64,000 bases of DNA, from the NCBI GenBank assembly GCA_963749655.1, contig CAVVOB010000014.1, positions 1 to 64,000 of the forward strand. The letters are read 5' to 3'. Positions 10,558 through 20,934 of this stretch are shown piece by piece; positions within the stretch are counted from its first letter, which is position 1; every line of letters begins with the position of its first letter. This stretch comes from Nitrospirota bacterium (lineage in GTDB: Bacteria; Nitrospirota; UBA9217). The notes beneath the pieces are model-generated. The model worked only from the letters and a program-made list of their open reading frames with translations, had not been told where the DNA came from and did not search any database. The translations under genes were made by a program, and so were the position numbers.

Positions 10558-11199
10558 TCAGCGGTTGTGCCTCAGTCCGGCGATCTCCATCATGCGGACC
10601 TCGGCCTCATGTGCTTTTCCCCGGCGAAGCAGATCGATGGCATCGGAATCGATGATGGCCTGAAAGATCCTTCGCCGCTGCTGCTCATCTGCCACCTCTT
10701 CCAGCACGCGCTTCCGGATCATGGCCAGCTTTTCGAGGAAGCGCTCATACTCGCCGCCGTACCGCGCTTCAAGCTCCCCGCGGATCTTCCGGGAAAGCGC
10801 CGGGCTCACGCCGTTCGTGGATATGGCGATCAAAAGGTCTCCACGCTCCACGACCGACGGCACAATGAAGGTGCTTTCTTCAGGGGGAACGGCCACGTTC
10901 ACGAGCATGTGCATCCTTTTGGCGGCCCGCGCCGCAAGCCTGTTCACCTCGGGCGAATCGGTCGCAACGATGACGAGAAACTCCCCTGCCAGGTCCTGTT
11001 CTGCAAAGTTTTTTTGACGATGGGAAATCTTTTCTGAATCGGCGAGTTCCCGGAGTCTCGGGGTGAGCTCGGGACTGATGATCGTTACGTTCGCTCCTGC
11101 TTCCAGGAGGGAAAGCGCCTTTCGTTCGGCCACTGCGCCGCCCCCCACGACCAGACAGGACCGGTCGCGCAGGTCGAGATAGGCGGGATAGTATTTCAT
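10558..11199 (-). CDS. precorrin-2 dehydrogenase/sirohydrochlorin ferrochelatase (SirC/CysG N-terminal type)
   Basis: MKYYPAYLDL start overlapping the bamD stop (ATGA); VVGGGAVAERK, AISTNGVSPAL. Confidence 0.88.
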   Translation of the reverse strand: MKYYPAYLDLRDRSCLVVGGGAVAERKALSLLEAGANVTIISPELTPRLRELADSEKISHRQKNFAEQDLAGEFLVIVATDSPEVNRLAARAAKRMHMLVNVAVPPEESTFIVPSVVERGDLLIAISTNGVSPALSRKIRGELEARYGGEYERFLEKLAMIRKRVLEEVADEQQRRRIFQAIIDSDAIDLLRRGKAHEAEVRMMEIAGLRHNR

Positions 11200-11933
11200 G
11201 GCATCTGGAGCTTTTTGATCTGGGCGAGCGCGGTCGTCTTCATGGCAGGATACTTCTGGGTCAGCTTTTCGAATGCGGCCCGGGCCCTGGCCTTCTCCCC
11301 CAGCTCGGCGTAGGACATGCCTGCGTAATAGAGGGCGTCCTTTTCCGCGGGAGTCTCCGGGAAGTCCTTCAGCAGTTTTTCGCATCTGCCGACCACCGCC
11401 TGGTAGGCTTCCTGTTTATAATAGAACCGGGCAACGTACAGCTCGTAATCAGAGATCCATTCCCGGCAGATGGCGATATATTTCCGGGCCTGGTCTTCGT
11501 AGCCGCTCCGGGGATATTTTTCCAGGAGCCTGTTCATCTCCTTGACCACGGCATAGGCCGGCGCAGGGTCGCGGTCGATGGTAGACAGGTCATTGTAGCT
11601 GCACATTGCGATCTGATACTGGGCATAGGCGGCGTCCCGGTGCACGGGATGATAATTCAGAAAGGCCCGGTACTCCACCGCCGCTTCACTGTATTTTTCC
11701 TCGCCGAAATACGTGTCAGCGACGCGCAGCATCAAAAAGGCGTCGTAGCTCTTATCCGGCGACTTTTCCTGGATCTCCTGGTATTGTTTGCGCGCCTTTT
11801 CGAAGGATTCCCGCTGCATGTTCTCTTCCGCTTCTTTGAACACGCGGTCGAATTCGAACGGGGGCTCCTTGCTGGCGCAGGCACTGAGCTGCACGGTAAG
11901 GATCAGGAGGAGAATGGAGATGATTTTTTTCAT
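11196..11933 (-). CDS. bamD: outer-membrane assembly lipoprotein BamD
   Basis: lipobox LSAC, TPR-like helices, IDRD, YELYVARFYYK motif. Confidence 0.85.
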   Translation of the reverse strand: MKKIISILLLILTVQLSACASKEPPFEFDRVFKEAEENMQRESFEKARKQYQEIQEKSPDKSYDAFLMLRVADTYFGEEKYSEAAVEYRAFLNYHPVHRDAAYAQYQIAMCSYNDLSTIDRDPAPAYAVVKEMNRLLEKYPRSGYEDQARKYIAICREWISDYELYVARFYYKQEAYQAVVGRCEKLLKDFPETPAEKDALYYAGMSYAELGEKARARAAFEKLTQKYPAMKTTALAQIKKLQMP

Positions 11934-12041
11934 AAGAGGGGGTGAACCCTGGAACTCACGCGGAAGCCGCGCTCCGGTGCGGCGCGGTTAGTCTGCTTAT
12001 CATCGCGGCAAACGAAGGAGCAGCGCTTACGAATACAGACA

Positions 12042-12128
12042 TGGTGCCGAAGGGGGGACTCGAACCCCCACGGGATTGCTCCCACGGCGCCCTGAACGCC
12101 GCGCGTCTACCAGTTCCACCACTTCGGC
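12042..12128 (-). tRNA. tRNA-Leu(CAG)
   Basis: GCCGAAG acceptor stem, TGGTAGAC D-loop, CGGCG-TTCAGGG-CGCCG anticodon arm, long variable arm, GGTTCGAGTCC, CCA end. Confidence 0.95.
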
Positions 12129-12138
12129 ACGAGTGCAT

Positions 12139-12167
12139 AATATAAAGAGAAAAGCCGCTGTTGTCAA
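12139..12167 (-). promoter_or_regulatory. sigma-70 promoter of tRNA-Leu
   Basis: minus strand TTGACA-17 nt-TATATT about 10 nt upstream of the tRNA. Confidence 0.65.
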
Positions 12168-12264
12168 GGATGTTTTTCTAAAACAGCGCGAGAGAAGGCA
12201 GCCGCTGCGTCAGCGCGATAGGGACCTCCCCCGCGGAAAGATCGTTTCGTGCGAACAGGAACCG

Positions 12265-12711
12265 TCACCGCTCCCGCGAATCGAGCCAGATCGTCACCGG
12301 GCCATCATTGACGAGCGAGACCGCCATCATGGCGCCGAAAACGCCGGTACGGACCAGGATGCCCGTGTCGCCGAGGCGGCGGGCAAAGGTTTCGTACAGG
12401 CTTTTCGCGATCCCGGGGTCCTCCGCGTTTTCAAAAGAAGGCCGGTTGCCTTTGCGCGTGGACGCTGCCAGCGTAAACTGGGACACGACGAGGATCGCAC
12501 CTTTGATGTCCGCAACCGAAAGGTTCATCTTGCCCCCGCTGTCTTCGAATATACGGAGGTTCACGGTTTTTTTCACGAGATAGTCGAGGTCTTCCTCGTC
12601 GTCTCCCTTAACCGCACACAGAAGAACCAGGAGGCCCTTCCCGATTTCCGAGATCGTCCTGCCCTCGACCGCGACCTGCGCCGACGATACTCTCTGAAGC
12701 AATGCTTTCAT
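12265..12711 (-). CDS. dtd: D-aminoacyl-tRNA deacylase
   Basis: LQRV, VSQFTL, GNRPSF, NDGPVT motifs. Confidence 0.95.
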   Translation of the reverse strand: MKALLQRVSSAQVAVEGRTISEIGKGLLVLLCAVKGDDEEDLDYLVKKTVNLRIFEDSGGKMNLSVADIKGAILVVSQFTLAASTRKGNRPSFENAEDPGIAKSLYETFARRLGDTGILVRTGVFGAMMAVSLVNDGPVTIWLDSRER

Positions 12712-12847
12712 GAGCTGATATGTAGCATGGACACGAGAGGGCTGTCAACGCATTTCAGCAAAAGAACTTGCATTCTCGCGCCCACCTGATTAATATCCAG
12801 AATCGACGCGCGTGCGGTGTCTGCAAACGAAGGCGCGCAATTTCCCC

Positions 12848-13906
12848 ATGACGAAGACGAATACAACGCATCCGCTCACCGATCTCAAGGCCCTTACGCC
12901 CCGTGAGATCGACCGCTTCTGCAAAGAACAGCTCGGACAGAAGCCCGGCCAGGGCACCCGCGTGTCAGTTCTGCTCTACCGGCGGCATGTCGAATCCATA
13001 GACGCCATGACAGACCTCAACAGGCCGTTCCGCGCTCAGCTGAAACACAACTGTACGATCTCCGCGATCACGGCGGAACAGTGCAGCGTGTCGGAGGACG
13101 GGACGGAAAAACTGCTCTATCGTCTGGACGACGGCAATGCAGTTGAAGGCGTGCTGATTCCCGGCCCCGGCGGCAGGCTGACCCTGTGCGTCTCGTCGCA
13201 GGTGGGATGCGCGTCAGGTTGCAAATTCTGTCTTACCGGATCCGGAGGCCTGGTGCGCAATCTGACCGCGGCCGAGATCGTCAACCAGGTGTTCGCTGCG
13301 CGCAGGCAGGCCGGTGAACGGACGATCTCGAACATCGTGCTCATGGGGACCGGCGAGCCGCTCAGCAATTACGATGCGGTCAAAACGTTTATCGAGACGG
13401 CAACGGACCGGGACGGGATGGGTTTTTCACCGCGGAAGGTGACGCTCTCGACCTGCGGGCTGGCGCCCATGATAGAAAAGCTCGCCGACGACAAGGTAGA
13501 TGTGAGCCTGGCCGTATCGCTCAATGCGACGACGAATGAGGTCCGGGACCGGATCATGCAGGTGAACAAAATTTACCCGATCGAGCGGCTGCTGCTGACG
13601 CTTCATTATTACACGGAAAAGACCGGCAGGACCGTGACGATCGAATACGTGCTGTTCAAGGACGTCAACGATTCCCTGGAGGACGTGAAGCGGCTCATGG
13701 ACCTGCTTCGCGATCTGCCGTGCATGATAAATATCCTGCTGTTCAATCCCTTCCCCGGCAGCGCCTACGAACGCCCCGACGAACAGCGTGCCTTCCTGTT
13801 CAGGGACATGCTGGTGACCAGCGGCTTCGTAACCGTGGTCAGGAACAGCCGGGGACGTGACATCCATGCCGCCTGCGGGCAGTTGCGGGCTTCAGGCAAA
13901 CACTAG
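12848..13906 (+). CDS. rlmN: 23S rRNA/tRNA m2A methyltransferase RlmN
   Basis: SSQVGCASGCKFC radical SAM motif, MGTGEPL, AACGQL. Confidence 0.9.
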   Translation: MTKTNTTHPLTDLKALTPREIDRFCKEQLGQKPGQGTRVSVLLYRRHVESIDAMTDLNRPFRAQLKHNCTISAITAEQCSVSEDGTEKLLYRLDDGNAVEGVLIPGPGGRLTLCVSSQVGCASGCKFCLTGSGGLVRNLTAAEIVNQVFAARRQAGERTISNIVLMGTGEPLSNYDAVKTFIETATDRDGMGFSPRKVTLSTCGLAPMIEKLADDKVDVSLAVSLNATTNEVRDRIMQVNKIYPIERLLLTLHYYTEKTGRTVTIEYVLFKDVNDSLEDVKRLMDLLRDLPCMINILLFNPFPGSAYERPDEQRAFLFRDMLVTSGFVTVVRNSRGRDIHAACGQLRASGKH

Positions 13907-13949
13907 CACGGCAATCCCTGGACCTTAAAAAGTAAAGTTTCATCTTCTA

Positions 13950-14031
13950 ACCGCGAAGACGCGAAGAACGCGCAAGAAAAACGCAGAGTATACTTATCAG
14001 ATTTCCTTCGCGCCCTTTGCGCCTTGGCGGT
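13950..14031. repeat. periodic 8/9-mer inverted-array hairpin
   Basis: ACCGCGAAGACGCGAAGAACGCGCAAG ... CTTCGCGCCCTTTGCGCCTTGGCGGT. Confidence 0.65.
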
Positions 14032-14074
14032 GAAAGATTCATTCTTCTTCTTCTTCTTCTTCTTTGGAAGACAT

Positions 14075-14100
14075 AAAAAAAGCAGCCCGAAGGCTGCCTT
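14075..14100 (-). terminator. intrinsic terminator candidate
   Basis: GCAGCC-CGAA-GGCTGC hairpin preceded by an A-tract (U-tract on minus strand), downstream of the 14126-15094 gene. Confidence 0.55.
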
Positions 14101-14125
14101 GTCTTGCAATACGAAGCAGGTATCG

Positions 14126-15094
14126 CTAATACGCGTCAACAGCTCCGCCGGAATCGATGATCTCCTTCACGATGTCCGTACGCCTGATCACGAGCGACGT
14201 TTTTCTCCATGTCGCCTGGTACCGGCCGTTTTCGGCAGTCAGGGCGGCTGAATCAGGGGTTTCATCCTCCATGGCCTGGCAGACGCCGCTCAGGCAGAAA
14301 AGCAGGTCCCGTTTGCTGGTGCCGGCCGGCGTCATGCCGTTGAAAACGGTCTGTTTCCACGTGAGGCTGAAGGTCTCGTTCGCTCCCTGTTCGTCGGTAT
14401 AGACAAAGGAAGCGGACCACTGCTGTACGCAGGGGCCCTTGTCGCAGAGAAGCAGGTCTTTCTTGGTCCGGTAGTACGTTCCGGTGCGGCTTTTCTTCTC
14501 CTGGTACCGGTTCGTGGCCTTGGGGTTGGCTTTGTAGCTGAAGCGCACGTCGTCGGTATCGATATCGTCGAAAAACACTTTGATGATGTTCAAATAGGTG
14601 GCACGCCGTTCCTCGACGGGATTCTTCTTCTCTTCCCTCTTTGCCTCGACGACGGCCTTTTTCGGAGGCTGCGGCTTCGGGGTCTCCGCCTTGTGCTTCT
14701 TTTCCGGCTCCGCCTTCACCGGAGCTTCCACTTTCTCGGTTTTTTCGACTTCTTTCCGCTCTATGACGGGCGCAAGCTTCCCGCTGTCGTAATGGGCCTC
14801 GAGCTTGAGGATCTCGTCCTTTTTGATCTGGAACATGCCGGTTGCGGACTGCGTGTCGGTGCGGCAGGAAATAGTATGGTCGCCGACGATGACGTTCTCG
14901 ATGACCGTGTCCGCGGGGCCTTTGTAGCTGTCATCGATGTACACCTTAGCTTCGGGAACCGGACTCTTGACGGTGACTTTCCCGTACTTGACGATTACAA
15001 ATTGATCCTCCTGCGCCGAAGCGCGCGAAGGACCCGTCATACTTACAGCCAACAGGACAACCAGCGGCAACAACAGACTGCTCTGTTTACCCAT
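14126..15094 (-). CDS. secreted PEGA-domain protein
   Basis: signal peptide; VTVKSPVPEAKVYID...GDHTISC PEGA-like segment; Lys/Glu/Pro-rich linker. Confidence 0.65.
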   Translation of the reverse strand: MGKQSSLLLPLVVLLAVSMTGPSRASAQEDQFVIVKYGKVTVKSPVPEAKVYIDDSYKGPADTVIENVIVGDHTISCRTDTQSATGMFQIKKDEILKLEAHYDSGKLAPVIERKEVEKTEKVEAPVKAEPEKKHKAETPKPQPPKKAVVEAKREEKKNPVEERRATYLNIIKVFFDDIDTDDVRFSYKANPKATNRYQEKKSRTGTYYRTKKDLLLCDKGPCVQQWSASFVYTDEQGANETFSLTWKQTVFNGMTPAGTSKRDLLFCLSGVCQAMEDETPDSAALTAENGRYQATWRKTSLVIRRTDIVKEIIDSGGAVDAY

Positions 15095-15272
15095 GTTTTT
15101 CTCCCGGCTCCATGCTTCGATGTAGTGTAGTTTTTATGAGAACAAGTAAATATATAGCAGGTATCCGGAAAAAATCAAGGTAAAATTGAGGGGATTGCAG
15201 AGTTGCGCCGATATTGAATGCTTTTACAACCGGCTGGCCTCCTGTTGCGCCGTTCCGGACGGGAAAAGACCG

Positions 15273-16220
15273 TCACAGGCGGTCCCGGGACCTTCTCAGC
15301 TTTTCTATGACCTCGGACATGTCCGGCGGGGGGGGGACCGTGAACGTCATGGGCGTCCCGGTATCGGGATGCAGCAGCGACAAGGTCTCGGCGTGCAGCA
15401 TCTGGCGAACGATCGTGCTCTCGCCGTACTGCGCGGCCCTGTTCCCGTATACCCGGTCTCCGAGCACGGGGTGGCCTATGTGGGCCATATGGACCCGGAT
15501 CTGGTGCGTCCGCCCCGTCTTGATCTCCACCTCAACGAGCGTAGCCTTGTCGTAGCGCTCCCGTACCGTAAAGAGCGTGACCGCCTCTCTCGCCTTATTC
15601 GTATGCACGCTGATCTTCTTCCTGTCCTTTACATGCCTGCCGAGTCCGGCCTCGATGGAGCCCGAGCCCTTTTTGATCACGCCGGCGACGAGGGCCAGGT
15701 ATTTCTTTCTGACGACCCTGTCCTTGAACTGCGACGACAGCGATCGGAGCGCCGCCTGGGTACGCGCAACGACCATCACACCCGATGTGTCCTTGTCCAG
15801 CCGGTGTACGATGCCGGCCCGCTCGCGTTCCTTGCCGGGCCCTTCCGATGAAGGCAGGCTTCCATAATGGTACAGCAGCGCGTTCACGAGGGTCCCCGTA
15901 TAGTTTCCCGGCGCCGGATGCACCACCAGCCCCGCAGGCTTGTTCACGACGACGATGTGCGCATCTTCATAGATGACCGAGAGGGGGACGGGTTCAGGCA
16001 GCGTTTCATGGAACTGGCGCTCCGGCAGATCGAGGTCGACGCGCTCGTCGAGCTTGACCTTGTACCCGGGCTTTTCCGTTTTTCCGTTGACCCGCGCAAG
16101 GCCTTCCCGGATCATCGCCTGGATGCGGCTGCGCGACACGTGCGGCTCATAATGGGCGATGAAGATGTCGAGGCGTTTGCCTATGTGTTTTTCCGTAACG
16201 ATGTGGGTGATGAGAGGCAT
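15273..16220 (-). CDS. rluD: RluD/RluA-family pseudouridine synthase
   Basis: S4 domain (RLDIF), VNKPAGLVVHP, HRLDKDTSG, TGRTHQIRVH. Confidence 0.9.
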   Translation of the reverse strand: MPLITHIVTEKHIGKRLDIFIAHYEPHVSRSRIQAMIREGLARVNGKTEKPGYKVKLDERVDLDLPERQFHETLPEPVPLSVIYEDAHIVVVNKPAGLVVHPAPGNYTGTLVNALLYHYGSLPSSEGPGKERERAGIVHRLDKDTSGVMVVARTQAALRSLSSQFKDRVVRKKYLALVAGVIKKGSGSIEAGLGRHVKDRKKISVHTNKAREAVTLFTVRERYDKATLVEVEIKTGRTHQIRVHMAHIGHPVLGDRVYGNRAAQYGESTIVRQMLHAETLSLLHPDTGTPMTFTVPPPPDMSEVIEKLRRSRDRL

Positions 16221-16278
16221 GATGAGGAAGACGGCCCGATCAGAGTGCAATCTTGATGAAATCGTAAAAACAAATTTT

Positions 16279-16360
16279 ACCGCAGAGCGCGCAGAGAACG
16301 CAGAGGAAGTCCTTATAAATTCCTACTAAATTTCTCTGCGACCTCTGCGTTCTCTGCGGT
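16279..16360. repeat. periodic 9-mer inverted-array hairpin
   Basis: ACCGCAGAGCGCGCAGAGAACGCAGAG ... CTCTGCGACCTCTGCGTTCTCTGCGGT. Confidence 0.75.
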
Positions 16361-16414
16361 GAAAAGCCTTTTTCTGAAGGTATTCAATTTGCTTTGTGCC
16401 TTTGTGTGGATATT

Positions 16415-17272
16415 TTACTTCTTACGCGATGAGGGGTTACCGCCTGTCCCCGTTCTCTGTGTTGCCGGATCGTTCTTCGCGAGCGGTCTTTTCCTAAGCC
16501 GCCACAGCATGAGGCCGGACAACAGGAACATCCCGATGGCAATGATTTGTGAAGTCGAAATGACGTTGCCGAAATACAGACCCCTAACCGCGTCGCCGCG
16601 GAAGAACTCGATGATGAACCGCAGGACCGCATACATGAGGATATACAGCCAGAAGAGCTGGCCGTCGAACCGCTTGCCGCGCCTCAGCAGAAGGAGCGCG
16701 CCGAAGATCATCAATGCCCCCGCCGACTCCATGAGCTGGGTCGGGAAAAGAGGAACGCCCAGCGGCGCCAGGGACAGCGGATTCGAGAAGGTAACGCTGA
16801 GCCATCCGGAGCTCGGCGCTCCGTAGCAGCAACCCGCGGAGAAGCATCCGAGCCTGCCGAAAGCCTGGCCGAGGGCGATGGACGGCGCCATGATGTCGGC
16901 AGATTTCCAGACCGGAAGCCGGTGCCGTTTGACGTACCAGATGCCGATCGGCACGGCCGCGAGCAATCCGCCGTAGAATACGAGACCGCCTTTCCAGAGG
17001 GCGAAGGCATCGAAGGGCTTTTGCGCGAAATCACGGAGGTTGGTCAATACGAACAGCAGGCGCGATCCCACGATCGCCGAAAGCAGGAGGTAGACGCCCA
17101 GGTCCATAATGCGGTCCGGGTTGATGCCCTCCTTTTTCGCCTGCCGCGCCGCAAGAAGGATGGCGAGGATGAAACCCAGACCGATCATCAGGCCGTACAG
17201 TCTGATCGGGATGGGGCCGATGACCCACTGCAGGAACTCGATACGGGGGATTTCGAACAATATGGGATGCAT
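16415..17272 (-). CDS. lgt: prolipoprotein diacylglyceryl transferase
   Basis: YGLMI, GGLVFYGG, GRLGCF, RFIIEFFR. Confidence 0.93.
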   Translation of the reverse strand: MHPILFEIPRIEFLQWVIGPIPIRLYGLMIGLGFILAILLAARQAKKEGINPDRIMDLGVYLLLSAIVGSRLLFVLTNLRDFAQKPFDAFALWKGGLVFYGGLLAAVPIGIWYVKRHRLPVWKSADIMAPSIALGQAFGRLGCFSAGCCYGAPSSGWLSVTFSNPLSLAPLGVPLFPTQLMESAGALMIFGALLLLRRGKRFDGQLFWLYILMYAVLRFIIEFFRGDAVRGLYFGNVISTSQIIAIGMFLLSGLMLWRLRKRPLAKNDPATQRTGTGGNPSSRKK

Positions 17273-17292
17273 TGTTTCAACCTCGTTAAACG

Positions 17293-17408
17293 GCAGCCAC
17301 GAATTTCACGAATGAACACGAATTAAAAAAGGGTTCGCCGGTATTAAGGGAAAAGGCTAAAAGAACCATGTCCTTCATTTTGTGTCAATTCGTGAAATTC
17401 GCGGCTGC
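17293..17408. repeat. periodic 9-mer inverted-array hairpin
   Basis: GCAGCCACGAATTTCACGAATGAACACGAA ... ATTCGTGAAATTCGCGGCTGC. Confidence 0.75.
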
Positions 17409-17409
17409 A

Positions 17410-17901
17410 CTACTGTGTTGGATTTTTTTCTGCTTTTCGGGAAAACACCATATCGATTGCCAGGAGCGCCACGCCGATCGAGATGGCGGAATCGGCCACG
17501 TTGAAGGAGGGCCAGTACCAGGACTTGACGTACCACTGGATGAAATCGACGACCTCGCCGTACCGTACCCGATCGATGAGGTTTCCGACCGCACCGCCGG
17601 CGATCAGCGAAAATGACACGACGAGCAGCCGCTCTGGGTCTTCCTGATGACCCCGCCGATCACGACCAGGGCGATGACGGTCACGGAAATGAAGAAGACG
17701 CTCCGCAACGCGCCGGAGGCGTTCGAAAAAAGGCTGAAAGCCGCGCCCTTGTTCCGGACATGGGTGAGGTTGAAGAACCCCGGCACGACGGTGATGATAT
17801 CGTACAGGCGAACCCGCGTCTCGATGAGGTACTTCGTGACCTGGTCGAGAACGAGCACGACGGCGATGATCGATACCAACCCAGGGGTATTTATTCTTCA
17901 A
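17410..17901 (-). CDS. lspA: lipoprotein signal peptidase (frameshifted in this sequence)
   Basis: LDQVTK and NKGAAFS in one frame; [21 protein letters not shown] in another; TTG start after GGAG. Confidence 0.88.
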   Translation of the reverse strand: MKNKYPWVGIDHRRRARSRPGHEVPHRDAGSPVRYHHRRAGVLQPHPCPEQGRGFQPFFERLRRVAERLLHFRDRHRPGRDRRGHQEDPERLLVVSFSLIAGGAVGNLIDRVRYGEVVDFIQWYVKSWYWPSFNVADSAISIGVALLAIDMVFSRKAEKNPTQ

Positions 17902-17930
17902 GCTCGCTCCCTTGTTCCATATTTGTAAAT

Positions 17931-17961
17931 ATTCCGCATTCCGAATTCCACATTCCGCATT
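17931..17961. repeat. ATTCCGC heptamer tandem array
   Basis: ATTCCGC ATTCCGA ATTCCAC ATTCCGC immediately after the ileS stop. Confidence 0.6.
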
Positions 17962-17963
17962 TG

Positions 17964-20761
17964 TTACAGGTTCCCCGCGCACCGGCCGCAGACCTCCGGG
18001 TGGTCCTTCACGGTGCCCGACGGTTTCGTTGTACATCCAGCACCGGCCGCACTTCACGCCCCCGGCGGGACCGGCCGTGATCCTGAGCCCCTTCACGATC
18101 TCGCTCGGAATATGCGTCTGCCGGAGCATCCGGCTCGTTCGCGATTTCGACCTGTCAGAAACGATGAAGATAAAGGCCAGATCCTTCTCGTAGCCCTTCA
18201 GGAAGTCGGGAGCTCCGGCGCTGCATAGAGCGTGACCGCGGCATCGAGTGAATGGCCGATCTTCTTGTCGCTCCGGAGCGCTTCGAGCACCTTGGCAGCC
18301 TCGCCGCGCACCGCGAGGATCTGGTCCCAGCGCTCTGCAAGCGCACCGTCCAGGTACTTTTCCTCAACCGTGGGAAAGGCCGCCAGAAACACGCTCTTTG
18401 GCTTTTGCGCTCTCCTTCATATAGCTCCAGACCTCATCGGCCGTGAACGAAAGGACCGGCGCCATGAGCCGCACCATGGACGAAAGAATCGCGTGCATCG
18501 CGGTCTGGCCCGAGCGCCGCTCAACGGACTTCGTCTTTGCCGTATACAGCCGGTCCTTCAGGATGTCGAGGTAGAACGCGCTCATATCCACGGCGCAGAA
18601 ATTATGGAGCGAGTGGAACACGACGTGGAACTCGAAATCGTCGTAGGCCTTTTCCACGCGCTGGATGAGCATCTGGAGCCGGTGCAGCTGGCCCAGCGGT
18701 CGATCTCAAGCAGGTCCTTGTCAGCGACCGTGTCCCTGGCGGGATCGAAATCGGAGAGGTTCCCGAGCAGATAGCGGCAGGTGTTCCTGATCCGGCGGTA
18801 GGCCTCGGCCAGATGCGTCAGGATCTCCTTGGAGATGCGCATCGTCGTCGCGGTAGTCTGCCGCCGACACCCAGAGCCGGAGCACCTCGGCGCCGTACTT
18901 GTCGATCACTTCCTGCGGGGCGACGCTGTTTCCCGCGGACTTGCTCATCTTCCTGCCCTGCGCCGTCCACGGTGAAGCCGTGCGTCAGCACGGTACGGTA
19001 GGGCGCCTGACCGGTGGTGGCAACCGAGGTGAGAAGCGACGACTGGAACCAGCCCCGGTGCTGGTCGCTGCCTTCGAGGTACATATCCGCAGGCCAGGAG
19101 AGCTCCGCCGCGCTGCCGCAGCACCGCCGCATGGAGCACGCCGGAATCGAACCACACGTCGAGAATGTCCATCTCCTTGGCGAGGTTCTTTGCTGCCGCA
19201 CTTTTTGCATGTGGTGCCTGCAGGAAGGAGTTCAGCCGCGTGTCCGGACGAACCAGGCATCGGCCCCTTCCTTCTCGACAATGTCCGCCACGTGGTCCAC
19301 GACCTTCTGGTCGAGCAGGAGCTCGCTGCACTCGGTGCAGGTAAAAGCGATGATCGGCACTCCCCAGGCCCGCTGGCGCGAGATGCACCAGTCGGGCCGG
19401 TTCTCCATCATGCCGAGAATGCGGTCCTTGCCCCAGGACGGCACCCAGTTCACCTTCTGGATGTTCTCCACGGTCTTCTTGAGGAGATCGTTCGTCTTCA
19501 TGGAGATGAACCACTGCTCCGTGGCGCGGAAGATCACCGGGTTCTTGCAGCGCCAGCAGTGCGGATAGGAGTGGATGATCTTCTCCTCCGCCAGGAGCGC
19601 GTTCTTGCTCTTCAGCAGTTCGATGATGCCCTTGTTCGCCTTGAACACGTACTGTCCCGCGAAACTCGCCCGCTTCTTTCGTGAACACGTCCTTTATGGT
19701 CGACCGGCGCGTAGATCTCGAGGCCGTACTTCAGCCCGACCTCGTAGTCTTCCTGGCCGTGGCCCGGCGCCGTATGCACCGCGCCCGTCCCGGCTTCAAG
19801 GGTCACATGATCGCCCATGATCACCAGGGAATCGCGGTCGATGAAGGGATGGCGCGCTTTCAGGCCTTCGAGCTTTTTGCCTTTGAACTTCTCGATGACC
19901 GTGTGGCTTCGTGATGCCGAACTTTTCGAGCGACTGCTTCGAGCAGCCCTTCGGCAAGGATCAGCACCTGATCCATCGGCCTCGACGGCAACGTAGTCGA
20001 ATTCGGGATGGAGCGCGACCGCCAGGTTCGCGATCAGGGTCCAGGGCGTCGTGGTCCAGATGACGATGGAGACCTTCTTCCCCTTGAGCGACGGCAGCGC
20101 CTTCTCCGCCTCGGGCAGATCGAAACGCACGTAGACCGACGGCGACTCGTGGTCCGCGTACTCCACCTCGGCCTCGGCCAGCGCGGTCTCGCAGGACCCG
20201 CACCAGTAGACCGGCTTCTTTCCTTTGTAGACGCCCCTGTTGCCCACGAACTTGCCGAACTCGCGCACGATCGCGGCCTCGTAGGGATAGTTCATCGTGA
20301 GGTAGGGATTGTCCCAGTCGCCGAACACGCCGAGCCGCTTGAACTCCTCGCGCTGGATGTCGATGAACTTCTCGGCATATTCGCGGCAGAGCTTGCGGAT
20401 CTCGTTCTGGCTCATGCCTTCTTTTTTGGACCCGAGGTTCTTCAGCACCTGGTGCTCGATCGGCAGACCGTGACAGTCCCAGCCCGGCACATAGGGGCTC
20501 TTGAAGCCGCTCATGGACTTGAACTTGACGATGATGTCCTTCAGGATCTTGTTCAGCGCATGGCCGATGTGGATATGGCCGTTGGCGTAGGGCGGCCCGT
20601 CGTGCAGGATGTAGGTTTTTTTGGCCTTCAGCCTGCTCCAGCATGAGGTCGTAGATCTTTTCCTGCTGCCACTTCCCGATCATGCGCGGCTCAAGGTCCT
20701 TGAGGTTCGCCTTCATCGGAAAATCGGTCTTCGGCAAGTTCAGTGTTGTCTTATAATCCAT
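17964..20761 (-). CDS. ileS: isoleucine--tRNA ligase (multiple frameshifts in this sequence)
   Basis: [71 protein letters not shown]-terminal CGRC zinc motifs spread over several frames. Confidence 0.93.
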
Positions 20762-20934
20762 GTTTGAATGTTCTCTCCCAATCGAAACTTTGCGGCAGCA
20801 TGTCATGTGATGAACCACGGGCGGCTTCGCCGCACACGGTTCCGTGGGTGCAGTTCTTCAAGCTCTACGATATTACTTATGCCTTGATCGGCGTGTTCCG
20901 ACGCAGTCGGAATCCGTGGTTACAACAGCACTTT

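Noticed and set aside
11940-12128. Genomic island integrated at tRNA-Leu
   Set aside because: No integrase and no duplicated tRNA 3' end seen; core genes flank both sides.
13340-13365. MGTGEP instead of MGMGEP as evidence for a Cfr-like enzyme
   Set aside because: A single substitution; the remaining motifs and chromosomal context fit RlmN.
14042-14062. (TTC)7 microsatellite as a phase-variation tract
   Set aside because: Intergenic between convergent gene ends, so there is no promoter or frame to affect.
17964-20761. ileS as a pseudogene or programmed frameshift
   Set aside because: An essential gene with intact motifs and too many scattered indels, also present in neighbouring genes; best explained by sequence error.
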